Below are positions 1 to 12,891 of a stretch of DNA of 64,000 nucleotides, piece after piece. The notes under the pieces were generated by a model. The model did not search any database. It saw only the letters and a list, made by a program, of their open reading frames with translations, and was not told the DNA's origin. Every line of letters starts with the position of its first letter. Positions within the stretch are counted from its first letter, which is position 1. The stretch is from Geosiphon pyriformis uo1 (Eukaryota; Fungi; Glomeromycota), in NCBI GenBank assembly GCA_016748015.1, contig JAAOMT010000502.1, positions 744,001 to 808,000 of the forward strand, written 5' to 3'. The position numbers were made by a program, and so were the translations under genes.

Positions 1-1620
1 CTGCCCTAAAATCAAAACCCATTACTGTGATATATACAGATGCTAAAGTTGATAAACAGCACATAAAACTGATTCTAGACAGTAGATTAGCTGGTAGCAT
101 TATTACAAAACAACTTATAGACCAACTAGGTTGCCAAGTTAATTGAGCTGCCAGCGCATGAATCATTACTGCTAATAGAGTGACCAAAACTCTGATCGGC
201 AAGATTGATAATTTCTCTATAGAAGTTAACAGCATCATTGTACCAATCAAGATATTAGTCATGGAAACCATTCAATACCAAGCACTCATTGGCAATAATT
301 GGCTGTCCAAGACCAATACAACACTTGATTAGAACATGCAGGAGCTTCAACTTAGCCAGAACAGTCAACACATACACGTACCCATCACGTGTGGCCATTT
401 CAAGACCACTAACACACCAGCACTCATTGAGTTCGAAGAAAAAGAGAAAAAACCTACCTGGGAAGCCTATCAAGTATCATGGGCTAAAGAAGACCACAAT
501 AAGCTACTGCCAATACTCCTCTGGGACAACAATGGAAAAGAAAAACAAAAGGAAAAACTTACTTAAAATGCCAACCAAATCTGGAAAACTAACAATGACC
601 TGAATGAGTCTTTAACTTAGAAATGGGAAGAGACTGGCAAAGGAAAGGGAAAAAAAAAGGAAGAAGAAACAACTTCTACCAGCACCACTTATAATTACTA
701 CATCTATACTATTCCACAATAATCTACCTATTGTCGATCAAAGCTCATATGCATTAATTGTGGCAAGAAATTGTCATCAATGGGTGCATGCTGTGATAAC
801 AATGAGAAATACCCAATGGCAACCAAGTTCTACTGTTGCTCATGCCTTGTTGAATGCTTTAGAAGGCCAAAATGAGTTGGAAAATGAGATAATAAGCCAT
901 GCTTGGCTTGTGGAGAAACTCTTTTCAACAAAAAAATATGGAATGACATTCCTGAGAGAGGAGAAACATATGACAAATTGTGTTAGTATATGATTCTTAT
1001 AAGCGACTGAATAAGGAAAGGAACACTCATAAATGCTGCTTGAAGATGAACAGTCAAATGTCTGGATGGTTGTCCATACAATGACAATGAAATATGGTGA
1101 ATGGCACTTGCCAAAATTAAAAGAGTGTCACCAGAAAAAATAAAAACAATTAAAAATAACCCATCTGAACTCATAGAACTTGACTGGAACCCAGAACCAG
1201 TTATAAACCTTCTGAACTCAGAACAATTCCATGAACACTATTAAGAGCTAGCACCTATAAGAAAAGAGCAGAAACAACACTTGAAAGAAATCAACACTCA
1301 ATTATGTAACTACTATTTGATCCCATATGACTTCCAATATTGTAATGAGTGTGACCTCATTTACAATCCACCACCATGTATAATCTACATGATTGTGGAA
1401 GAAAAAGAACCAATCAGCAGCTGCACATCAGAATTGGAATCAATTTTCAATCCCAATTCAAACTCTGACAACGACAATAACAAAAACAACAGTTCTAGCT
1501 CCACCCAATATAGCAACAAAAATAACAATAATTCAGACTTTGATACAAATTCTGAAACATAAATTGCACTCCCTAATCTCACCAAGGACCAAGAGCTGAA
1601 ATAGTTCAGTGATAATAATG
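1..1620 (+). pseudogene. pol: pol N-terminal part: aspartic protease followed by Cys-rich and acidic/Asn-rich spacer (multiple stops)
   Basis: Translates as ..KLILDSRLAGSIITKQL..QALIGNNWL (degenerate DSG motif and IGxxWL); downstream CxxC motifs (CINCGKK, CCSC, CLACG, CNECD). Confidence 0.85.
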
Positions 1621-1628
1621 AAAAAATT

Positions 1629-2483
1629 ATGCCAGAATATGTATATGATACTAATACAGGGTTTGATCTGAGATATCTAGAGAAGAATGTTATCAAATTG
1701 GAACCACATTTGCACACTTGCATTGATCTGAAAATAGCACTAGAAATTTCAGCAACAATAATGATTCAACTAGCCTTTAAAAGTAGTTTAGCAAAAAAGG
1801 GAATCAACATCAGAGGAGGAATAATTGATGCAGAATATGTAGAAAATATCATTGCAATGCTACAAAATTATTTAGAAAAAGCCTATATTATAGAGCCAAA
1901 CAAAAAGATAGCACAGGCAATATTCCTGCCTCTGGTGAAAATAGCTCAATTAGTATCAGTGGAAAACAAGGAAAAATTAGGAATTACAGCAAAAGGGATA
2001 CAGGGATTTGGATCCACAGATAGAATAGATATACCAATCAATATGGCAGAAGAAGAGGTTATTGACAAGAAAAAAATTATCTCCATCCATCAATCAATTT
2101 CCATCCCACCATATGACCAGTATATGTTAGCCATAAAAAGAGAAGTAAAAGATCAAACTCAGTTGTTTAAAGTAAAAGCCACCATCTGCAAATCAAGAAA
2201 AATTGGACTCACTAATCTTTATATACCAGCCAAAAGCCCCAAAAACATCAAAATTCCAATCTACAACACAACCAGAAATGTTATTGAAATACCAAAAAAA
2301 ACTATCATTGGATACTTAACCACTGAAGTTAAGGATCAACCACCAAATTACATTCCAGATTTTCTACAGCTTTGTGAATATGTGAATATTACATCACAAA
2401 CCATTTATGAACAAAGCAAATGTTATTTGCTCCAACTGAAACAATTGGAACAGATGAACATAAGGAATCTAAACCCACTCTAA
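1629..2483 (+). pseudogene. dut: dUTPase domain of family A pol (about 1629-2025) plus a following spacer domain
   Basis: All five trimeric dUTPase motifs recognisable though mutated: TGFDL, FKSSLAKKG, GGIIDAEYVENI, KIAQAIF, KGIQGFGSTD. Confidence 0.9.
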
Positions 2484-3946
2484 CAAATGCAATTAAAGAT
2501 GTTACTTAACAATTTTAATGACATTTTTGCTAGTAAAAATGAATTTGGCTGCACTAATATCATCTAGCATCAGATCAAGACTGAAAATGCAATGTCAATT
2601 AAACAAAGAGCATATCAAGTACCACCAGCCAGCCATGAGATCATCTGTCAAGAAATCAATCAGATGCTTGACAACAGGTTAATTTAGCTATCAATAAGTC
2701 CATGATTATTACCAGTGGTACTAGTTCATAAAAAGAATAAAAAAATCCGCTTTTGTGTGGACTACTGGAAACTGAATAGAGTAACAAAAAGAGACAGCTA
2801 CCCAACTCCAAAGATCCAAGAACTTTTCAATGCTTTTGAAGGAAAGAAATGGTTTTCTGGAAACTGAATGGAGTAACAAAAAGAGACAGCTACCCAACTC
2901 CAAAGATCCAAGAACTTTTCAATGCTTTTGGAGGAAAGAAATGGTTTTCAACTTTAGACTTAGACAGCAGTTACTGGCAAGTAGCCATAAAACCAGAAGA
3001 CAAAGAGAAAACAGCTTTTACAACTTGAGAAAGAAACTTTGAATTTGAAGTAATGCCATTTGGCTTGATAAATGCTCTAACCACTTTCCAGTAACTTATG
3101 GAAATTGTTTATACTGAACTATTATGGAAATCAGTAGTCATATACTTAAATGACATCAATGTGTTCTCAAAAACATTCAATGATCATCTGTATCATCTCC
3201 AACAAGTGTTTGAAAGACTGAGAAAAGCAGGATTAAAGTTGAATGCAAACAAATGTTTCTTTGGAAAAACAGAACTCAGGTTTTTAGAACATGTTGTGAG
3301 TAAAGATGGTATTAAAACAAATCCAGACAAGATAGAAATTGTTAAAAACTTTCCAGTACCAAATAATCTTACAGAATTAAGAGCATTCTTGGGATTTGCT
3401 GCATACTATCACCACTTTATTAAAGACTTTTCCAAAATAGCTCAACCACTATACCAACTACAAACAAAGAACACCAAATATGAATGAACTGAAACTCAAC
3501 AAAAAGCTTTTGATACATTGAAAAGAAAGCTTATTAAAGCCCCAATATTGATTTATCCAGATTATAGCAAGCCATTCATAATCACAACTGACATATCTAG
3601 TTAAGCATTAGAAGCAGTACTATTACAGAAAGGACTGAATGGAAAAGAACACCTAGTAACTTATACTAGTAGAAGCTTAAGTCCAGCTGAAAAAAACTAT
3701 GGAACTTCAGCACTAAAACACTTAGCTATTTATTGGATTGTCATCAAATAGAAAAAATATTTGAGCCAGAAGTTTGACATATATATTAATCACAAAGAAT
3801 TGACTTCAATTCAGAAACAAGAATTTGGAAATGATTGCTATGCCAGATGGAAAATAGAACTTTTACTATTTAATTATATAGTATATTACAAAAAAGGAAA
3901 AAAAAATGGAAATGCTAATGGATTGTCGCAAATAAGACAAATCTAA
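2484..3946 (+). pseudogene. pol: reverse transcriptase and RNase H of A1 (disrupted)
   Basis: RFCVDY, MPFGL, YLND (from YLDD), KCFFG, LRAFLG, KNGNANGLS motifs; stops and a 92-bp duplication. Confidence 0.93.
2765..2948 (+). repeat. 92-bp tandem duplication inside RT
   Basis: ctggaaactgaat...gaaatggtttt occurs at 2765 and again at 2857. Confidence 0.92.
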
Positions 3947-3976
3947 AAACATTTCAACCCAAAAATATAACAAAAC

Positions 3977-5359
3977 ATGAATATACAAAAATACCAACAA
4001 CTCCAACATTATATAAATACCCAATTGTTCAAGGAAAAACTATCTCAAAAGAAACAAAACAACATAAAACAACAATCCAAATATTTTATCAACCACCAAA
4101 ATATACTTTACTGGAAAAACAGAAAGAATCCAGATCAACCAACCAGAGTAATTACAAAACCAGAGAAAGAAACAATATTGTTCAATATGCACTCGAATCC
4201 AACAGCAGAACATTTTCACAAAGAAGCAATCATGAAAAAAACTAGAAAAATATACTATTGGCCATCAATGTATCTGGACATTATTCAATATGTTCAAAAT
4301 TGTAATGTTTGTCAAAGAAAAGATAAAACAAAATTCAGTAAACCATTAAGACCAATTAAAGTGGGACAATCATTTGATCACATTGAAATTGACTTAGTTG
4401 GACCATTAACCATAACCAGTAAAGGCAACAGATACATTGTAGTAGCCATGGATTATTTTACTAAATGGCCAGAAGCAAAAGCCATTCAAAAAGCAGATGC
4501 AGAATCCGTTGTCGAATTTGTTCATCAAGATTTGATATGTTGACATAAATGTCCAAAAGAACTACTATCAGATCAAGGAACTCACGTTGTGAATAGAATA
4601 TTGGCAGAATTAAATTAAAGATTTGGGATTAAAAGACCATTATTATTATCATACTATCCACAAACAAATGGGTTAGTTGAAAGATTCAACAGAACATTGT
4701 GTAAAACCATTGTTAAAATCAGCCAAAAAAACCAGGACAAATAGAATTTGATTATATCATCAGTATTATTTGCTTATTGGACAATAAAGCAAAACACTAT
4801 ACAAGCAACACTATTCAAATTAGTATATGGTAGAACAGCAACATTACCAGTTAAGATAGAAGTAAAGACATATCCAACAGAACCAATAACAAAAAAGAAT
4901 TTTCAAAGAATATTATTAAGAAAAACATATGACTTAATAGAAACATTAGAAAACAAATGGCAAAAAGCAGCTGATAACATCCAAAAGTCACAAGAAAAAC
5001 AAAAAAAAAGACATGACAACCAACTACCAGATGAACCAGTTGAATTCAAAATTGGAGACAAAGTATTTCTACATTATATTAAAGCAAAAAAACAATGAAA
5101 TAGAAAATTTGACCCCAAATGGGATGGACCATTTCACATAGAAAAAATTCTTGGAAATGGAGCTTATAAATTAAAATGGAACAACAAAATTTTAGCCAAA
5201 GCAGCACATAGTGATCAACTGAAACTATATCACTATATAGTATTATCATCTACCAGTAATATTCTACAATTAGGAGTACAGAGAATACTAGTCCAACCAG
5301 ATGAGATTCCATGAGATCTGGAATTAATCATAATCATTGAATCAAACACGGAAGATTGA
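3977..5359 (+). pseudogene. integrase of A1 (HHCC, DDE core, GPF/SH3-like C-terminus; no chromodomain seen)
   Basis: H..HF..YYWP..CNVCQ, IDLVGPL, SDQG, YYPQTNGLVERFNRTL, KWDGPF. Confidence 0.92.
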
Positions 5360-5383
5360 ACAATAAAAAGAGTATATAAAGAT

Positions 5384-6052
5384 ATGGTAGATGTGACAAA
5401 GAACTTCAGAAAAATAGAAATTACTGATGACATCCACACACTAGCACAACAACTATTCTAACTGATTCAACAACAAAATATGAAAATTACTATTAATCAA
5501 CAAATCATTTGATACTGAGATATCAGAAAGATACCCAAATACAAAAGTCAAAGGAAAACAAAAAACACTATCAACAAAATGGTTCTGAAAATAAAATTAG
5601 CAATAGAAGAACCAATAAGTGTCATCACATATCAAAAGTTGACCAAAGAAACTTGGAAATAGTAGATACACAAATTTCCAAGGAACTTTTATTATTTCCA
5701 CTTGGGATAATACTTGAACATTCAAAACTTATACATGGATAAAACAAAACAATTATTCAACACAACAATACTGCAACAACTAGAACAATTGATAGGAAAG
5801 AACAATTTAACTACACAAACAAGAGCCATATATTGGCTACATACTGGATTTTAAAACAGACCAGAAATTTTACTTAATCCAAAATTGGACTCCATTATGG
5901 TTAACCAAATGAAAAAAATAACCAATGCTCAATTTGAAGAATTACAGAACAGAATAACACAAATAATTCTTGAAAAAGAAGTTCAGGAAATACTCAAAAA
6001 GAAAGAATTAGAGTTAGGAGATTTGGGAGATCTTGATGGAGCTCAATATTAA
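5384..6052 (+). pseudogene. accessory ORF of about 222 codons between integrase and 3' LTR, function unknown
   Basis: A single frame from ATG 5384 to TAA 6052 broken only by transition-type stops; motif pattern (YYFHLG, TRAIYWL, ITNAQFEEL) parallels the family B accessory ORF. Confidence 0.6.
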
Positions 6053-6066
6053 AAAAGAGAGAATAA

Positions 6067-6941
6067 TATTACTCATAAAATATAAAAAATATATTAGCAT
6101 ATAAATTAGCCAATTAGAAATAGCCATAGTAAATGTGGAATTTCAGGATTCTTCTCAAGAGGAATTGCAGGATTCCAAGAATTTCAGGATTCTTGTACAA
6201 GAAATTGCAGAATTCTAGAATTCTAGGATTTCTCTCAAAAAGAATTGCAGAATTCCAGGAATTCCAGAATTTCTGGTGTGAAGAATTAAGGAATTGAGAA
6301 ATCTCAATTATGTATATATAGCAGTAGCATTAGAAGTAAAAAAGACAGATCTCTCTGTTGAGATTTAATCTAAGCAATCATCCATATCACAAATATCAAT
6401 AAATAATTATTCATTATCTTCAATTTTACTTTTCACTATCAACACTTTATGTTGATAGTAATTGATACTTAACCACACTGGAACAATAGCTCTTGATTAT
6501 GGCTATTAATGGGATACTAACTTGTATACTGCCTTGGCTTATTTCTTTGTTTTTTTTTGTTTTTTTTTTTTTTTTTTTTTTTTTTTCTTTATTTTTTTTT
6601 TTGATTTTATTGTTGTGCACTAATTGATTAAAGAGAATAATATGCAGAGTTACTGACATCAAAGTGACTGGTAAAAGACCCAGGAATAAGAGTAGAACAC
6701 TCAATTGAGGATAGTTTACTAGAGGAAATACTGGCCATTATGCTAAGAAAGAAATTAATAAAACTGCGGTTTCGAGAAGCAACAGATAAACACTATTGAA
6801 TTTCTATTCATTATACAAAGAACTCAACCAAAATCTTCAGATACAAACAACCTTCAGATAAAATCACCAACCAGAACATCAATCAAGCACCAAGTTATGG
6901 GTTTATTATTTGCTTTGAAACCCAAATAATCACCTATAACA
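6067..6941 (+). repeat. 3' LTR of A1 (875 bp)
   Basis: Starts tattactcataaaa (TG>TA), ends cacctataaca; matches the reverse complement of 9821-10675; GGAATTCC-type array at about 6137-6300 before tatatata. Confidence 0.92.
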
Positions 6942-9758
6942 CCAGATAGGTTTTTTTTCTTCATTGCCAAATTCGATGAGGAGTGCTGATGGCATAGTAA
7001 TAAGTTTAAAGTAACTACACGTGGCCAGTACCCATATGTGTTAACCATTCTGGCTAAACTGTAATTCCTATGTGTTCCAGTCGAGCACTGTATTTGTCTT
7101 GACTAACCAGTCATTACCAACTAATGCTTAGTACTGCATAGCTTCTATCACTAAAACTTTGATTGGAGTAATAATACTATTTACTTCAAAGAAAAAATCA
7201 TCAATCTCACTGATAGAAGTTTTGGTCACTCCATCAGCCATTATTATCTTGGCACTGGCAGCATGATCAACTTGGCAACTTAATTAGTTCATAAGTTGTT
7301 GTGTAATAATGCTGCCTGCTAATCCACTATTCAGGATCAATTTAATGGTCTGTCTATTGACTTTGACATTAGTATACATTATCATAATAGATTTTTTGTT
7401 AAGTGCAGCTCCACTGAAGAATGGTGTTTCCATTTGGGTTTCTAATTTGAATGGAAAGATGGCTGCTAACAAGTCATCATTGATAATAGTTGCTGACAGT
7501 ATGTTGTTGATAAGTGGTTGTTTTTGGTTGGGTTCTGGTTTGTTGGGTGTGGTGTCTTCTGGGGTGACCAGAAGACTTAAATAGTTTTGGAAATTCGGGT
7601 TTTGAGAGTACCCAGTTCTTGAACTCTACTGGCATAATTCTGATTGTTGGGTGGATAAACTGGAAATTGGTTAATAAACTACTATTGCCAATTTCCAGTT
7701 TTGTTGGATCATTCTTGGTCTTTGGTTTCCCCATGCCCTTGGATCTAGATTTTGAGACAGTGTTTGAATCAGTTGGAACTAATAGAGTATTTGTGGCAGT
7801 GGTAGTTAATAAATTATGGATGTTGTCGGTTGATAAATTGATGCTGAAGACTAATATACTGAAGGTAAGTATAATTGCTGTATCATTGGGGTTTAATAAA
7901 TCAGCTGCATTACTGAAAAATAATGTAATTGAGAATGATATTGTTCTGGTGATTGATTACTGATGTAATTCTGAATTTGTAGTCAGCAATTGGGGTTTTA
8001 ATACTAATGGCCTGATCATTTTTCACTCAGCCATTTACAGTATTCAAACTGTAAATGTCCTTGTTTATCATAATAGTGGCATGCATGCATTTCCTGTTGT
8101 CACTGTTGATTGGTTGATAAGAATGTTGGATGTGACTAATTTTGGAAGCAATTTCCATTTTCCTAATTGTTGCATTGTTGTGAAGATTGATAGATGGCTT
8201 GATTGGTGTTAGCTAAATATCTCTCTAATTTCTGATTGATTAATTTGCTGAATTGCTTCAATTTGGAATTCAAATCAGATGATTTGTTCATCAGATTTAC
8301 AGTTTGGACATGATTGGCTTCGAGTTTAGCTGCTTTAAAATCTTTGGCATTTGTAACAGCAGCTTGAAGATCTGCTAAATGCAATGAACATACATGTTAG
8401 AGGATACTACTGTGCAGGTCCTTAATGAATTAATTTAGGATTTGTGGTGCTGTAAAATAATCAGCTTGTATGGCCTGAATTTGGTGCAGATTTCTGTGGA
8501 AGCATCCCAAGTAAGTGGTGACTGCTTCATTTTCTCTTTGTTTAAGCAATTAATACTATTATTGTTGCTGAAATATCTTAAAAACTCTGTTTTAAATGTG
8601 TCAAAAGTGACAGGTTTGTTAATCAAGCTTTGATATCATAAATTGGCAGTATCTTGCAAAAAATATGGGATGGTCTGTACGGCTCTGACATCATCCCAAT
8701 TGTTAGCAGTGATTGCTTTGATGACATTATTGAGCCAAACCTGGGTATTATCTTCTTTACCAATAAATTTTTTGAGTTTGGTGATTGGTGCATATGTTAT
8801 TTGCATGATTGGTTGTTGCTGTTGAACTGGTAGTGAGTAAAGTTGTTGTTATTGTTGTTGTTGAAGTGGTTGCTGTTGTAGTTACTGCTGAAATAGTGGT
8901 TGTGGCTGTTGCTGTTGTTGATTGTTGATTAGTAGAGCTGGTAGTGGATTGATCATAATTATCAAAGATAAGTGTTGTTAATTATTAATATCAGAGTTTC
9001 AATTGTTCTGATTTTTTGGGTTTTGATTAACTGGAGTCCCAATTTCTGGATTTTTTAGGATCAGATTTTGTTTACTATTTTCTTGATTATTACCTTTTTC
9101 TTCCTCAGAGTTAGTTATTTCCCAAGGACTAATGGCTTTGAAATCTGGTTGTGGTAGTGGTAATCAAATTTCTGATGGTGTTGGGAATCATAATTTAAAT
9201 CTCTCAAAGTAATTGCCATATATTCCTAGTAACTCTGTTTTCTTTTGTTTACTTTGGAATGGTATTTTGTTCAATAGTGTTGTCGCATTTGTGGTAGACA
9301 TATCTGTTGATGTTATATTGATCATGCTTTTAGATGTGTAATAATAAGATGAATTGGCAGATGAATCAAATTTCTGTTCTTCCAAGTGAGTAGTTGAATT
9401 TGCCTTGGAGTTCCTACTGGTGTTTGTAGTCTTCCTTTTTTTTTGTCAACAAACATAATAGAAAATTTTTGTTTGGTGTATTTTTCAATTTTTCTGTTTA
9501 TTTCTGTGATTAGTGGTGCAAATAAATAGTTTTGCAGAAGAGTAGTGCTTTGGAGTAGTCATTGAAAAAATTGTTAAAGGTAGATTCTGGATCTCTTTGG
9601 CCTCCTAAATAGTATACAATTCTTTTGTTAACATAACAGTTGAAAGCTGATTCTGTTAGCCAACTATTATTTGTTAATCCGAGATGGGTGTGATAATATT
9701 GGAATAAGAATTTTGCAAATCCCAAATGGTTTGTTCCTATTTCTTCGGATTCTGCCAC
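6942..9758 (-). pseudogene. gag: gag-protease of A2 (disrupted)
   Basis: Retrotransposon capsid-like segment (FKTEFLRYFSNNN, DLQAAVTNAKDF), Gln-rich region, degenerate zinc knuckle, protease KLILNSGLAGSII. Confidence 0.85.
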
Positions 9759-9801
9759 TGTTTGAATGAAGTTGTTGGTGTTGATTTTCTGTAGGATTAT
9801 A

Positions 9802-9818
9802 TCTCACAAGGAGCACTA
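9802..9818 (-). promoter_or_regulatory. primer binding site of A2 (tRNA-Ile(UAU)-like, mutated)
   Basis: tagtgctccttgtgaga 2 nt after the LTR end; variant of the family B PBS tggtgctccctgtgagg. Confidence 0.75.
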
Positions 9819-9820
9819 AA

Positions 9821-10675
9821 TGTTACAGGTGATTATTTGGGGTCTCAAAGCAAATAACAAATCTGTAACTTGGTGTTCAATTGATATAATAATGTTGATT
9901 TCTAAAGATGTTTAAGAATCTGAAGGTTTTTGTTGAGTCCTTTGTATAATAGACAGAGATTTAATTGTTGTCTTCCCAATAGCCTCCTGGAATTACAATT
10001 CCATCAAATTTCTTTTTCAACATGGTGGCTGGTAATCTTAGCAGAAATGCTCTTCTGGTAAGCTATCCTTAAATTCTCAATTCTTATATCCTTCCTTTGA
10101 AGTCTTTTACCAGGCTATCTTTGATGTTAATAACTCAGTGCTTAATCTTTAATCAATTAGTAAAACAAAGAAATAACAAAAATAAAAGAAAATAAAAGAA
10201 AAATAAGCCAAGACAATAAATGTTAGTATCCCGTCAATAGTTATGATCAAGAGCTATTGTTCCAGTATAGTTTAAGTATCAATTGTTATCAACATAAAGT
10301 GTTGATAGTGGAGGGTAGATTTGAGATATTGAATAATTATTTATTGCTATTTGTGATGTAGAAGATTGCTTAGATTGAATCTAAACTAAGAGGTCTGTCT
10401 TTTCTACTTCTAATGCTACTGCTATATATACATAATTGAGATTCCTCAATTCCTTAATTTTTCACACCAGGAATCCTGGAATTCCTGGAATCCTGCAATT
10501 CTTTTGAGAGAAATCCTGGAATTCTGGAATTCTGTAATTCCTTGTATGAGAATTTTGAAATTTCTGAAATCCTACAATTTCTCTGAAAGGAATCTTGAAA
10601 TTTCACATTTTACTATGATTACTTCTGATTGGCTAATTTATATACTAATTTACTTTCTATATTTTATGAGTAACA
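9821..10675 (-). repeat. 5' LTR of A2 (855 bp)
   Basis: TGTTAC...GTAACA inverted termini; homologous to 6067-6941. Confidence 0.93.
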
Positions 10676-12843
10676 TTGGATTAGTCTCAGTGTTGTCTCT
10701 ACTACTTCTAAAAGTCCAAAGATTTTTAATAATAGACCAGTTAACAAGTTGGTCTTTCCTGCTCTTACCACTTCCACTACTACTATTACTACTACTGCTT
10801 CACAAATGGCTGCAAAAGCAAAAAGTTCCAAAAAACAGCAGCAGACAGTTACAACTGCTATGATCACACCAAATCCCTTTGTGGTTCTAGATGAGATCTT
10901 TGGTAAAATCTTCACAACAGCAGCCAGTCCTCTTCTTGATATGGATGGCAACAGCAGCAGCACATCTCTAAAATGGGCCAATATTAACCACTGGCTGTGT
11001 TGCCTGATGTGATACTCTCTAACAGATCATCACCAATCCCAGTAGCAAAACAGCTCATCATTTCAGATGATCTCAAAGATTGGCCTGATCAGATAAAAAT
11101 GGAATCAACTACTCCTTCCCCAATTTTTGGTGCTGCTAATGGTGATGCTTAGGAGAATGTGAATAGTCATCAAAGGTTTTCTGGTTGGGTGGCCTCTAAT
11201 CTTGTATCTGGTGCTATATTTAAGATTAAGATAGCCTTGCTTAGTTCCTTGTTTCAGTTGCTACCTGGTTGTATTGGGCTTAAGTCTATTTTATGAGATG
11301 CTGTCAAGTTGTTCTGTATGGAATTTACATCTCAAAAGAGTTTAAATGGTGTTACCAAAGTGGCTATTGGTGATGGGATTTTTTTAACCACTTTTAAGAT
11401 TGCACAGTCTTCTGGTATGGCCTCTGTTTTTTTCTCTTCTTTGTCAATTGTACTTTGTAATGTACCTTTGGATATTTCTTCTGATGACATCAAATCTGCT
11501 TTTGGCATTTTTGGTGTTGTCACTTCTGTCAAGTTAAAGTCTGCTGACTTATGACAATATGCTGTGGTTTATTTCAAAAACACTTTTTCTGCTGCTGCTG
11601 CTCTTACTCACTGGTCAGTGCTGGTAAAAAAAGACAGTGTTAAGATTCTATCTTTAGTCAACCAAAAAGAGGTTATTATCTCAAGAGATGCTTTCAAAGC
11701 CAAGTTGGTTAATCTTTTTTTTGGCTGTACTGTCTTTGAGATTAGTGATTTGGTCTCTCAAGTTGGTGGCCATACCTGTTTTATTCCTTGCTCTCCTAAG
11801 TCATATTGATGTCCATGTTTTGCTGTGGTTATTTTTAATTCTCTGGAATCTTTAAACAATGCTGTTTTAAAAACTGGTATCTTATATGGCTGCCACATCT
11901 GGTGGGAAACCCCTGGATGTTGCTGCTACTATAGATATTAAAATATAAATCATTTGGCTTTAGAGTGCAAGATGTCATCACCTCTCCCTCCCAAAGTTTC
12001 TTTCAACTTCTCTGGTGGCCTAAAAGTTTTCAAATTCTCATTTGCTAGATTCAAATTTTATGCCAAAGCTGCTGCTATTGTGGTTTTTTTTGTTGCTACT
12101 GCTGCTAATATAAACTTGGATCTTAGTGGTCCTCTCAAAACTACAACTCTTATGTTGCCTGTTGTCTTGTCTGCTTTCAATGTTGCTGTTGAATCTAGGT
12201 TGACTTCTTTGGAATTCTATCTTGGCAAATTGTCTTTACTAATAAAGTTTTTGGTTGAGTCTGTTGATGCTTTGGTTGTTTTAGTTACCAAATTGTTATT
12301 TATTTTACCTGCTGTGAATGTGTCAGTTAAAAAAAGTGTGGCTGGGTTGGCTGAACAGAATAAAGGCTTGACTGCTATTGCTATTGTGATGTAGAAGAGA
12401 ATAATATGCCTTGAAAAAAAGTGTGAACGAGCTTGTGTGGAAGATGTGTTAGATAATAATGACATGGATGATGATGATGATAATGATGATGAAAATAAAG
12501 ATTTCTCTGTCTATGATAACACATTTGATGTTATAATGTATTTATGAGAAAATCAGCCTTCCAGTATCAAATCCAATTCTAATCTAACTGCCAAGTTAAT
12601 GAGTGGTATGGTTAAAAATAGTCATGAGCTTGTTAGCATTATGAGTAAAATGTATAAATTAGATATGTTAAATACATTAAGTAGCAAAGATAGTACTAGT
12701 GTGTAGTTAAAACTTTCCACCTGTGGTTAGCCACATCTTGTAATTATTGTATTATTGGATGAGCTGGCTTTATGAAACTGTCACATTACTGTGGACTTAA
12801 CTAATAAATAACCAGCATGGCTACATGTTAACAAAAAAAAAAA
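10676..12843 (+). mobile_element. ORF1-only poly(A) retroposon, family C copy C1 (5' end cut off by A2)
   Basis: Degenerate RRM/CCHC ORF ending at TAG 12706, LINE-like 3' tail, poly(A) 12833-12843; homologous to 33717-36067. Confidence 0.9.
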
Positions 12844-12891
12844 GCAATCTTCAATGATTGTTTTATTCATGATACATAACTCAAAAAATAT

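Larger units (their letters stand above)
1..6941 (+). mobile_element. Ty3/Gypsy LTR retrotransposon, family A copy A1 (5' part outside window), inserted into copy A2
   Basis: Domain order PR-dUTPase-RT-RH-IN, purine tract at 6051-6066, then an LTR homologous to 9821-10675; sequence right of 6941 is the pol region of an oppositely oriented relative. Confidence 0.95.
6942..10675 (-). mobile_element. Ty3/Gypsy family A copy A2 (5' LTR, gag, protease), inserted into element C1
   Basis: LTR 9821-10675, PBS, gag and protease on the minus strand; truncated at 6942 by the A1 insertion. Confidence 0.93.

Noticed and set aside
6137-6300. Heat-shock elements in the family A LTR
   Set aside because: Only isolated TTCnnGAA matches; spacing mostly does not fit nGAAn arrays and may result from G>A changes
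6543-6610. Long poly(T) run as the tail of an antisense retroposon
   Set aside because: It lies at a T-rich position also present in the A2 LTR, with no TSD or LINE tail next to it; homopolymer expansion
9760-10005. gag start codon inside the A2 LTR
   Set aside because: The frame crosses a TGA fixed by the PBS sequence and other stops; the true start cannot be determined from one copy
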